DNA of 64,000 nucleotides, from positions 1 to 64,000 of the IMG/VR virus record IMGVR_UViG_3300025039_000014; one strand, written 5' to 3'. The translations under genes and the position numbers were made by a program. This stretch comes from a virus. Shown here piece by piece: positions 50,610-60,459 of this stretch. How positions within the stretch are numbered: position 1 is the stretch's first letter; each line of letters begins with the position of its first letter. Under the pieces are notes generated by a model, which worked only from the letters and a program-made list of their open reading frames with translations, was not told the DNA's origin and searched no databases.

Positions 50610-51063
50610 CGCGTCCAGCAGCGCGCAGAGAGCGCGTTAACGTCAATCCGCTGTCATGATATGGATTCGATGTTAGCGCGTCTCTGAGGACGAAATAGAG
50701 CGATTGAGGATTAGCTAATGAAAGCGAGGACGATGGAGACATTAGGACGACATGAATTAGCAAAGTCTTAGAAATTCCCGACTTAGTGGCTGGGCATAGC
50801 CGCCTCAATTTCCCATTCCCGGCACTCCCCTTATACCACCAGGCCCCAGCCCCAGAGCCCCGCCCTTATACCACCGGCTACGAGTTCCCCGCGTCCCAAG
50901 CGTCCCCGCATCCCGAGTCCGACCGCCTGCCGTGAATCACCGAGCCCCATCGCCACCCCTGACCGACGTGAACCCGTGCCTTATACGACCGCGACCACCC
51001 GGCGTTGCCGGCAGTCTCAGCCCGCTCACAAGCCCTGGGCGTTGCCAGGGCTCCAAGTCGACC

Positions 51064-51510
51064 CTAGCTCCCTTCTCTAACGATCTTTTGAGGCGTAATT
51101 CCGCACCAGGTGTTCAAGCCCACCAAGTCTGCAAGCTCTTCTGCCGTCGACTCGCAGGCTTTCACAGAGGTCGTGGACTTGATCGAAACGTAGCTACCCA
51201 TGAAGGTGATCGACGTCGGGGTAGCTTTGCTCAAATCTTCGTTCATATCTGGCAGCACGACAGCCTCTGTCTTGACGCAGCGAAACTCTGCGTCCGCGTT
51301 AGGCCCTTTCACATCGCCAACTACCTCGGAAAGCTTGGTCGCAATCTCGACGCAATAATCCTCGTCATCCGCGATTTTATCGCCCTGCAAAACCACGTTG
51401 ATAGGTGGCGTATCGTCAAAAGCGTGGTGCCCTACTATTGTCCATCGAAAATCGGCAAGCGCCGTCGATGAAAAGAGCAAGGTGCTCGCGGCGATTAAAA
51501 ACAACTTCAT
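51064..51510 (-). CDS. exported Cys-containing protein
   Basis: signal peptide MKLFLIAASTLLFSSTALA; 4 Cys. Confidence 0.75.
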   Translation of the reverse strand: MKLFLIAASTLLFSSTALADFRWTIVGHHAFDDTPPINVVLQGDKIADDEDYCVEIATKLSEVVGDVKGPNADAEFRCVKTEAVVLPDMNEDLSKATPTSITFMGSYVSIKSTTSVKACESTAEELADLVGLNTWCGITPQKIVREGS

Positions 51511-51610
51511 GATTTCCCCTTTGTCATGACTCGGCTAATCGGCCGGCACTTCTGTGTTATCGGCTGAAACCTAGAATTCTGCTGTTTGCTCGATAGTCCC
51601 CCCACGCTGA

Positions 51611-52933
<1,323 letters not shown>

Positions 52934-52998
52934 TTTGGTCTGTGCGCCTGAGTGATCGGGCGCTTTTCACGTTGCGACGTGTAAGGGTTTCGCCCTAT

Positions 52999-53020
52999 AG
53001 TAAGTAAATACTTACTTACT
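52999..53020. promoter_or_regulatory. GTAAG-palindrome operator copy
   Basis: AGTAAGTAAATACTTACTTACT overlapping TATAGT. Confidence 0.85.
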
Positions 53021-53036
53021 GCAAGGTAATCTGCGC

Positions 53037-53426
53037 ATGGCCACTCTCTTCTCGAAATCCCCGGTTGCTGATCAGCACGCCAAGACCGCTTTTGATCATG
53101 CCGACAAGGCTATTGCCTCGCTCACCAACGCTCACACAAGCGCCGTGGAGGAAATGGCAACGATCGAAAGTCAGATCGCCGCCCTCGAGGATCGCCGCGC
53201 AGAGTTGACCGTGCGTCGTGACAATATCGGTCGAGTCATCGAGTCGCTGGATAACAGCCTGTTCTTCCAGATGATTCAGGGCGAGGTTTACTCCACGACC
53301 AAGACGCCGTTCGATTTTGTGCCTCCGACGAAACCGGTCAAGCCTATCGACCCGTCCGCAGACCCGATTGGACCGACGCCAGAAGTTCGTCTCTACACCG
53401 ACGCCACGATGACCAAGGAGCTCTGA
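53037..53426 (+). CDS. coiled-coil hypothetical protein
   Basis: AAGG RBS. Confidence 0.7.
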   Translation: MATLFSKSPVADQHAKTAFDHADKAIASLTNAHTSAVEEMATIESQIAALEDRRAELTVRRDNIGRVIESLDNSLFFQMIQGEVYSTTKTPFDFVPPTKPVKPIDPSADPIGPTPEVRLYTDATMTKEL

Positions 53427-53428
53427 TC

Positions 53429-53626
53429 ATGCGCACCCTGCTCCAAGCCATCGGCCTGTTCTTCCTGTGCCTTAACGCCGTCGTGTTGATTGGAGGCTAC
53501 TTCCTGATCATGCATTTCGGATGGGGCTTGTCTGTCCAGAACTGGAACTGGATCGTGATGGGTCCGATCTCGATCATGATCCTGTCCCTGATCTTCAAGA
53601 CAATCGGGAAAGCCCTGTCGAGATAA
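53429..53626 (+). CDS. small two-TM membrane protein
   Basis: AAGGAG RBS; hydrophobic. Confidence 0.7.
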   Translation: MRTLLQAIGLFFLCLNAVVLIGGYFLIMHFGWGLSVQNWNWIVMGPISIMILSLIFKTIGKALSR

Positions 53627-53669
53627 TATCGAGACAAAGAATCCCCAGCAGAGTTATTAACCTGCTAAA

Positions 53670-53696
53670 GAAAAAGGCGCCTTGTGCGCCTTTTTC
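53670..53696. terminator. bidirectional terminator
   Basis: AAAAAGGCGC-CTTGT-GCGCCTTTTT between convergent genes. Confidence 0.75.
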
Positions 53697-54063
53697 ATTC
53701 CTTGGCGTTGTCGCTGCCTGGATCGTTTTCTTTACTCTCTGACTCGCCGTTTTGGGCGCGGGTGATCTCGCTAAGCAGCTGGCGCACGCGGTCAACCGTC
53801 AAGTTTCGCTCGGGCACGACGGTCGACGTATTCATTCGACGAGTCTGGCTCTGCCGGCGCTTCTCTGCCAGCAACCGCTTCTTCTCAAGCATCTTCTCAT
53901 TGAGCATTTTGAGCGCGGTATCGTGACTAATGTGGCGGAGTAGTTCGGACACCACCACCTCGTTGGTCAGCCCGGTGGCCACTGCCAGCTTGCGCAGGTT
54001 CTCATGCGCCTTGGGCTCAAGTTTCAGATTGACGGCAATCTGTTTCGAATCGTTGGTGATCAT
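53695..54063 (-). CDS. ribbon-helix-helix-like protein
   Basis: VNLKL....E.LRKLA..TGLT..EVVSELL. Confidence 0.6.
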   Translation of the reverse strand: MITNDSKQIAVNLKLEPKAHENLRKLAVATGLTNEVVVSELLRHISHDTALKMLNEKMLEKKRLLAEKRRQSQTRRMNTSTVVPERNLTVDRVRQLLSEITRAQNGESESKENDPGSDNAKE

Positions 54064-54077
54064 TCCTACGTCTCTAA

Positions 54078-55676
54078 CTAGCCGGTTGTTATACCCATCG
54101 TCCCGAGATCGAAATCCCGAGGACCATAGACGATATTCTCGTTGAATCCCGGTGTGTTCTGGACGATCGCTAACCGCTCAAGCGAGTGTTGCCGCAAGTG
54201 GTTGTTCGACTGATCAATAAAGTCGATGATCAGCGCCACGTTGGCACCCTGCTTCTTCGCCCGCAGTCCGCGACCGATACGTTGTCTCAGTGCTACTTCT
54301 GCCTTCCCACCACCGGCCAGGATCACGCACCCTACCGCTGGCACGTCCACACCGACATCCATGATCGTCGAGCCAATCAGCACTTGGGTATTGCCGTCAC
54401 GGAGATCGTTGAGCGCATCTTGCCGAGTCTGCTTCGATGATTCGCCGAAGACGAAATTAACCCGAAGGCCGGCTTCGGACATACGTTTTTCGAGCAGTCG
54501 CCCGTGCGCCTTCTGGAGCACCAAGAGCATGACGGGTAAACCGAGCTCGGCAGCACGCAAAGCCTCCTTCACAATTAAGGCATTGCGCGTAGCGTTATAT
54601 ATGATGCCGAGCTTATACGCTCGCTGCCATCCGGTGCCATTCCCCAGCACCGTGCTTTTCACACCAGTCTCATTCATCTGTTTCAGGCCGAGCCTGTCGG
54701 GACTATAACCGACGGTGTGATATCGAAAATAGGGGCGCGCCAAAACACCGCGCTCGATGAGCTCTTTTTCGGTAACGCGAGCCATGACCGGACCCGTGCA
54801 AGCCAGCAGTCGCATGTTGGCTTCCTGGTCGTCCTTCATGAACGGTGTCGCTGTCAGCGCGAGTCTGAAATGCGCGTTGCGACAGGCATCCATGATGGCG
54901 TAATACGAGTTGCCCGAGACCTCGTGCGCTTCTTCCAAGATCACGAATTCGACCATCTCCAGATATTTGAGCGTTGCTGCTCTGACCTTCGCCTGGCGTT
55001 CCTGTTCCGCTTTCGGCTTCGAACGATCCGGCTCCTTGAGCCGCTGCACCAGCGTCTGAACCATTGCCACCGTGACGGCACGACGCGGCGCGAACTCGCC
55101 GTCTCCAATGACGCCGACCTGCTTGCCCTTGAAGAACGTATCGCCGTTGTCCAACTGGAACGTGAACGATTCTTCGAAGGCTCTCTGCATCTGATACATC
55201 AGCACAAATCGGGTGGTGATGAACAGCGTCGGCCGGCGAATCCTCGAGACCGCCATGTTGGCCACCCGACTCTTGCCGCCACCCGTCGCGATCTGCGCGA
55301 TCCCCGCCCCTTCCCGCACTAGCGTGCGCACGACCTTCGGCTGGTAGTCGTATTGAGCGGTGTAGCCGAAACCGTCGATTCGAGGCATGTCCGGGCCGAG
55401 TGCTTCCGGCAGAGGCTTCTGGATCACCTGGGGCACAAAACCGCGTTTCTTGAGCTCTGCGCACAGCGGCTTGGTGAATCCCGCCGGGAACGTCGCATTA
55501 CCCCATTCGAAAAACGTCGAGACGCCATCCCAGTCGTCGTTCCTGGCAGCGTATGAGTATTCCGATCCGGCTGACTTATACGAGGTCAAGGATTGGACAA
55601 TTTCTTTCACCTTGACGCTGTCGTCGACCAGCTTGGCGACCCTGGCATTACGGGCGATTCGAATGATCTGCCCCAT
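54078..55676 (-). CDS. superfamily 2 helicase
   Basis: ATGGGKS, LEEAH (DExH variant), LTATP, GVDVP, QRIGRGLR. Confidence 0.9.
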   Translation of the reverse strand: MGQIIRIARNARVAKLVDDSVKVKEIVQSLTSYKSAGSEYSYAARNDDWDGVSTFFEWGNATFPAGFTKPLCAELKKRGFVPQVIQKPLPEALGPDMPRIDGFGYTAQYDYQPKVVRTLVREGAGIAQIATGGGKSRVANMAVSRIRRPTLFITTRFVLMYQMQRAFEESFTFQLDNGDTFFKGKQVGVIGDGEFAPRRAVTVAMVQTLVQRLKEPDRSKPKAEQERQAKVRAATLKYLEMVEFVILEEAHEVSGNSYYAIMDACRNAHFRLALTATPFMKDDQEANMRLLACTGPVMARVTEKELIERGVLARPYFRYHTVGYSPDRLGLKQMNETGVKSTVLGNGTGWQRAYKLGIIYNATRNALIVKEALRAAELGLPVMLLVLQKAHGRLLEKRMSEAGLRVNFVFGESSKQTRQDALNDLRDGNTQVLIGSTIMDVGVDVPAVGCVILAGGGKAEVALRQRIGRGLRAKKQGANVALIIDFIDQSNNHLRQHSLERLAIVQNTPGFNENIVYGPRDFDLGTMGITTG

Positions 55677-55714
55677 GTGATTGCTCTCCGTGTGGCGATT
55701 GCCTTACACTGCCT

Positions 55715-55734
55715 GTAAGTAAGTGCTTACTTAC
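55715..55734. promoter_or_regulatory. perfect 9-2-9 operator palindrome
   Basis: GTAAGTAAG-TG-CTTACTTAC between the divergent helicase and ParB operon. Confidence 0.9.
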
Positions 55735-55786
55735 CTTTAATGCGGGAAAAAATGTCCACGCGTAAGTATAAGTGAAGACTAACACG

Positions 55787-56452
55787 ATGAGCGAAATCCA
55801 GAAAGTAGACCCTCGGGAACTCCGCAAAAATTCTTGGAATACCAACAAGATGACGGCGGAAAACGAGGAAAAGCTGAGAACCAGCGTCCGGCGCAATGGC
55901 TTGCTCGGCGTGGTGCTGGTTCGAGAGCTGAAAGACGGCTCTATGGAGATCGTCGGCGGCGAACACCGCGTCGATATCGCTATCGAGGACGGTCAGTCAA
56001 CGGTCAACGTCCAAAACCTGGGCAAGATCAGCGATGCTCGCGCCAAGGAAATGATGCTGCTGGACAACGGCCGCTACGGACAGGATGACCCATTCGAACT
56101 GGCCGGCATTCTGGACGAGCTCGCCGCCGGCGGCGACGTGGATCTCTCCACCTTCATGCCCTTCGCCAGCGAGGACATGGACAAGCTGCTAAGCACCACC
56201 GACATCGACCTCGACAGTCTCGATTACCTCGACGAGCCGGACTACACCGGCGTCGAAGTCACCACCGAGAAGCGTGAGTCGAAAGTCCAGTCGCATCAGG
56301 TGCTGCGCTTCAAGGTCACGATGGACGACGCCGCGGCCGTGAAGCGCGTGATCGACAAGATCATGGAGTCACGGGGCTTCACCGAAGAGGACTCGCTGAC
56401 CAACGCCGGTGATGCCCTGGTCTACCTGGCGGGGGAATACGCCAATGAGTAA
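55787..56452 (+). CDS. ParB/Srx N-terminal domain protein 1
   Basis: NSWNTN, EIVGGEHR, DN. Confidence 0.85.
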   Translation: MSEIQKVDPRELRKNSWNTNKMTAENEEKLRTSVRRNGLLGVVLVRELKDGSMEIVGGEHRVDIAIEDGQSTVNVQNLGKISDARAKEMMLLDNGRYGQDDPFELAGILDELAAGGDVDLSTFMPFASEDMDKLLSTTDIDLDSLDYLDEPDYTGVEVTTEKRESKVQSHQVLRFKVTMDDAAAVKRVIDKIMESRGFTEEDSLTNAGDALVYLAGEYANE

Positions 56453-57119
56453 CGACCGCGGCGGCCAGGAGATCGTCTACCTCGATCCCAAGACCCTTAT
56501 TCCCTACGAGAACAACGTCAAGCGCCACCCGCGCAAGCACATCGAGGCGCTGAAAGCTCTGATGCTGCGTCACGGCTTCTCGAAGGGAAACCCCATCCAG
56601 GTCGACCGCAACATGGTCATCATCGCTGGACACGGCCGCACGGAAGCCGCGTGCGAGCTTGAGATGCCGGTGGTGCCGGTTGTCATCCGTTCGGACCTGT
56701 CCGACGACGAGGTGAAGCGCTGGCGTCTGGAAGAGAACAAGTCGGTCTCCAACGACTACGACGTGGTCGGCATGAAGGCCGAGATTGCCGATCTACTGGA
56801 TCTCGATGGGCCGTTGGTCGGCTTCGACGAGAAAGAGTGGGCGGTGCTGACCGAAGACCTCACGGCTGACTTCGATGCCGACTCGATGATCGCCGATCTC
56901 GAGGCCGAGATGGAATCCGCCGCGAAGCATCACGACGAGACCACCGAGAAGGCTCGCACCGAACAGGTGGCGATCACCGATCTTCTGGGATTCCGGCATG
57001 TGCCGGCGGCGCAGCAGCGCAAGATCGTCAAGTTCGTGGCGCGCCTCGAAGCTGAAACCGGCAAGACCGGCGCTGATGCCTTCCTGGCTCACATCGATCA
57101 GAGCGAGGGCGCGGCATGA
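56445..57119 (+). CDS. ParB/Srx N-terminal domain protein 2
   Basis: LIPYENN.K.H, IIAGHGR, RLEENK. Confidence 0.88.
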   Translation: MSNDRGGQEIVYLDPKTLIPYENNVKRHPRKHIEALKALMLRHGFSKGNPIQVDRNMVIIAGHGRTEAACELEMPVVPVVIRSDLSDDEVKRWRLEENKSVSNDYDVVGMKAEIADLLDLDGPLVGFDEKEWAVLTEDLTADFDADSMIADLEAEMESAAKHHDETTEKARTEQVAITDLLGFRHVPAAQQRKIVKFVARLEAETGKTGADAFLAHIDQSEGAA

Positions 57120-57754
57120 GCGACATCGTCATCGACAAGCGATTCAGCTCCCGCGTGACGCGCACCGATCGTGTGCTCGAAGTGGCCGAAGCCTTCGGGC
57201 TGGGCCTTGAGGATCGCGAGTTCGTGATCTACGACCAGCTGTCCGTCCAGGTCGAGCGTGGTGATGTCGTCTACATCAACGGGCAGTCCGGTTCCGGCAA
57301 GTCGTTGGCGCTGCGCGAGATCGCTCGCCAGTTGGCCGACCAGGGCATGCGCGTCGCCAACATCGACGAGATCGCCCTGGAAGACGTCCCGTTGATCGAT
57401 CAGATCGGCACCGACACCAACGACGCGGTTCGCCTGCTGTCGCTGGCTGGGCTCAACGATGCCTATCTGCTGGTGCGATCCCCTGCCGAGCTTTCCGATG
57501 GTCAGAAATATCGCTTCCGGCTGGCCAAGGTCATCGAGTCCGGCGCCGACGTGTGGGTCGCCGACGAGTTCTGCGCGGTCTTGGATCGCGAAACCGCAAA
57601 GGTCGTCTCGTTCAACGTCCAGCGCACGGCACGCAAGGCTGGCGCCACGGTGATCGTGGCCACCACCCATACCGACTTGGTAGAAGACCTCAAGCCAAGT
57701 CTGGTGATCGAGAAGTATTACAAGGCCAAAGTCAGCATGGAGAGACCCGCATGA
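57116..57754 (+). CDS. stand-alone ABC-type ATPase
   Basis: GQSGSGKS, LSDGQ, ADEF, ATTH; no permease gene nearby. Confidence 0.88.
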   Translation: MSDIVIDKRFSSRVTRTDRVLEVAEAFGLGLEDREFVIYDQLSVQVERGDVVYINGQSGSGKSLALREIARQLADQGMRVANIDEIALEDVPLIDQIGTDTNDAVRLLSLAGLNDAYLLVRSPAELSDGQKYRFRLAKVIESGADVWVADEFCAVLDRETAKVVSFNVQRTARKAGATVIVATTHTDLVEDLKPSLVIEKYYKAKVSMERPA

Positions 57755-58230
57755 GTGATGCTTCGACAACAGACGGACCCGCTACCGATACCTCTACGGT
57801 CGACCATGCGAAGACCATTCAGATCGTCGAGAAGCGCTGCAAGAAGCACGGTGTGGCGATCGTCACGATCCAGCCGTTCAGTGCGCGCCTGTTCGTGTTC
57901 AGAGGTCTCGATACCTACAGCGACAAGCTCAAGGCGATCTTCGGCGTCGAGACGCAGATGGGCTGCATCCTGCAAGACCTGAACGTCGGTGGTTTCTTCG
58001 GCTCCGAGTTGGACGTCAACGGCTGCCCGATTCTGGTGCTGGCGATCGATGGCACGACGAAATACCCGGAAGAAGCCATCTGGCACGAAGCGCTGCACGC
58101 GACCTTCGTCATCCTGGACCTCTACGGGGTCGAGTTCGACGTCGATAACCACGAAATCTACACCTACACCCAGGGCTACATCGTCAGTCAGATTCGCCAG
58201 CAACTCTACGGGCGAGAGTCGTTTCGATGA
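57751..58230 (+). CDS. HExxH zincin-like protein
   Basis: WHEALHA...NHE. Confidence 0.65.
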   Translation: MSDASTTDGPATDTSTVDHAKTIQIVEKRCKKHGVAIVTIQPFSARLFVFRGLDTYSDKLKAIFGVETQMGCILQDLNVGGFFGSELDVNGCPILVLAIDGTTKYPEEAIWHEALHATFVILDLYGVEFDVDNHEIYTYTQGYIVSQIRQQLYGRESFR

Positions 58231-59132
58231 TCCCGAATGACGTCGCGATCCGCCGGCCGGCCGCCTCTGAGTGGTCGGAGGGCTTCTCGTTGCTGTCGCG
58301 AATGGTCCTCGAGCGCGGCACCCGCGAAGACTGGCTGGCGCTGCACGATCTTCACTACAAGACCGAGACTGACTCCTTCGGCCAGACCTACTACCGCTGC
58401 ACGCTCGACGGCACGCTGATCGGCGTGGTCGTCACGGCCTACCCGAAGCTGTTGCTGGAACCGCGTCATCGCATGTTCCCGAAGATCAAGCCGACCGGCG
58501 GCTCCAAGCTCACCAATACGGCGCGGGCGAAGTTCGTGAATGACCTGTTCGCGATCGTCAACCGCTCGGTCGTTGACACGCTCTACCGCGGTGTCGGCGT
58601 CTCCTATCGGATGCTCAACCTGGCCGCCCGGATGCATCCACGCCAGGTGGTGGAGATCCAATCGGCCATGTCGAAATTCTCGCCCTTCGCCATGAAGGCA
58701 GGGTTCCTCTTCGCCAAGCCGATCCCGAACAAGAACTACGCCAAAGGCGTAGCGATGGTCACTCGTTTCTTCGATAGCCATCCGATGGACACCGTCGGCC
58801 TGCTCGAAGAGATCGACGCCATGCCGGACTCGCTCAAGCTCAAGACCCTGCGTGAGCTCACGGCGTTCTATTACAAGTGCTCGGCGCTTGAGAAGACCGG
58901 TCGCAACCTGGGTCGCGGCCTGGCTGACCTGGATTACGAGCCTGCCGAGCTGATCGCCAAGATTCAGGGACTGATCTTCGCCTCCCCGCTCTATGGCGCC
59001 TATCGCAATCCTGACTTTGGCCGTGCGCTGCCCGACCGGCTACCGCTGGCCGCGTTCGATCTCCAAAGTCCCAACGAACCGCTGAACCTCGCTGCCCTGG
59101 AAACCCTGATTGGAAGCGTCCCCGATGAGTGA
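58227..59132 (+). CDS. GNAT-fold transferase, candidate DNA base-modifying enzyme
   Basis: L..LHY, R.VVDTLYRGVG (acyl-CoA motif A), AMSKFSPF..KAG. Confidence 0.75.
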   Translation: MIPNDVAIRRPAASEWSEGFSLLSRMVLERGTREDWLALHDLHYKTETDSFGQTYYRCTLDGTLIGVVVTAYPKLLLEPRHRMFPKIKPTGGSKLTNTARAKFVNDLFAIVNRSVVDTLYRGVGVSYRMLNLAARMHPRQVVEIQSAMSKFSPFAMKAGFLFAKPIPNKNYAKGVAMVTRFFDSHPMDTVGLLEEIDAMPDSLKLKTLRELTAFYYKCSALEKTGRNLGRGLADLDYEPAELIAKIQGLIFASPLYGAYRNPDFGRALPDRLPLAAFDLQSPNEPLNLAALETLIGSVPDE

Positions 59133-59418
59133 ATACCGCATGACCCAGAAGCAGCTCCAGATCATCACCGCGATCCACGAGCACCAGAAGAACCACAAGC
59201 AGGACATCGACCTGGATCAGCTGCTGGGCTCTCTGCCCTACGAGACGACCAAGGAATCGATGCAGTTCAGCCTGCGAGCCCTGATCAAGAAGGGTCTGCT
59301 GGCGAAGGTAGGCGACGCCGTGATTCGTCGTGGACGGGCTCGTCGGACCTATCGGCTGACGCTGATGGCCAAGGAAATGTTCCGGCTGGGGTCAGAAAAA
59401 TCACACACACCAGCTTAA
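59125..59418 (+). CDS. winged-helix DNA-binding protein
   Basis: MTQKQLQII...SLRALIKKGLL...RGRARRTYRLT. Confidence 0.75.
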   Translation: MSEYRMTQKQLQIITAIHEHQKNHKQDIDLDQLLGSLPYETTKESMQFSLRALIKKGLLAKVGDAVIRRGRARRTYRLTLMAKEMFRLGSEKSHTPA

Positions 59419-60459
59419 AGTATTGATACAATCGGCAGAAGCTGTGCCAAGCAAATATCACTGATACCACCGATAAAACTCATACCACCGAACGCCCACT
59501 CGACACCGATATCACCGACTCCCCGCGACTCACACCTGCCGACATGACCGCTATCACCTGGCTTCACCTCCGCTAAGACCGACTGCACGCGATACCCAGG
59601 TTCAAGACCGAGACCACCGAGACAACCGATCGCTGACAGACCGCGCTGAAAGCGCAACGACGACGCACTGAACGAACCGACAGTCACCCGGCGCCACGAT
59701 CACCGATATCACCGCCCTATTCCGACGGCCAAGAGATCCGACCATCCCCAGAATGGTCCCAGGTGGGAAGCGAGTCCGGTATGTGTCCGCATCATGTTCT
59801 GGAAATTCAGGTCGGTCCCGTCCGACAAGGTCAATATCTATCGGCCTCATTGGCACAAACTCTCCAGACATAGAGCGCAGTTGGCGCGAAAAATCGTCGT
59901 CTGGGAGACGGGGAAGTTGCGCCTTCTCCCTTTGTGCGTTTCTGGCGAAAAATTCTGAGAGCACAGGATAACGCGAAATAATGCTTTCTAATCAATGCTT
60001 TACAGAGAAAACGCAACCCCGCTCATCCGAGGATATTGGGATCAAAAACACCCCTTCATCCGAGGCATCCAAATTCTCTCTAAAGTATTGTTTTGAAACG
60101 AGAAAAGAGTTTTTAGCTCCGATGCCTCAGTCCCTCTATAAATACACTCTCAAAACAAGAACCCCTAAAAACAGAATATTCAGTTTACGCAAAGTTAACG
60201 CGTAAACGTAAACGAAAAACCATCTGATATACGCGTAAAAATTCGGCCAGCGCGGGCCGCCGACCCTGACGACGGGAAACCTCGGAACGGATCGGAACCT
60301 GGCGGCGACCACCCGCCCAATGACTCTCTGAAAATCTGATCTTCGTGCCCCTGCTCAAATTTGCGTTCTAAGCGACGATATCGCTCCGATCCACCCCGAC
60401 ATACAGGGTAGCTTCGGAAAATCGCTGAGAACGCATCCCTGATCGATTGGGAGCGATTT
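59419..60459. other. non-coding region upstream of terS, candidate pac/late-control region
   Basis: ACCG-rich tract, A-tract-rich block, ACGCGT motifs. Confidence 0.5.

Noticed and set aside
49491-50778. Island explained simply as low-GC foreign DNA
   Set aside because: GC and CG dinucleotides are abundant and GGA/TCC persist; other low-GC genes (e.g. 46669-47049) contain GGB normally.
43004-51060. tRNA or rRNA genes
   Set aside because: No cloverleaf with a GTTCRA T-arm and acceptor stem found by eye; tRNAscan-SE would be decisive.
55787-57119. ParAB plasmid partition locus
   Set aside because: No Walker-type parA adjacent; ParB N-terminal motifs only; context is GNAT and terminase.
57116-57754. 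ABC transporter
   Set aside because: No permease or substrate-binding protein nearby.
59509-59517. Lambda operator half-site TATCACCG
   Set aside because: No complementary half-site; part of the ACCG tract.
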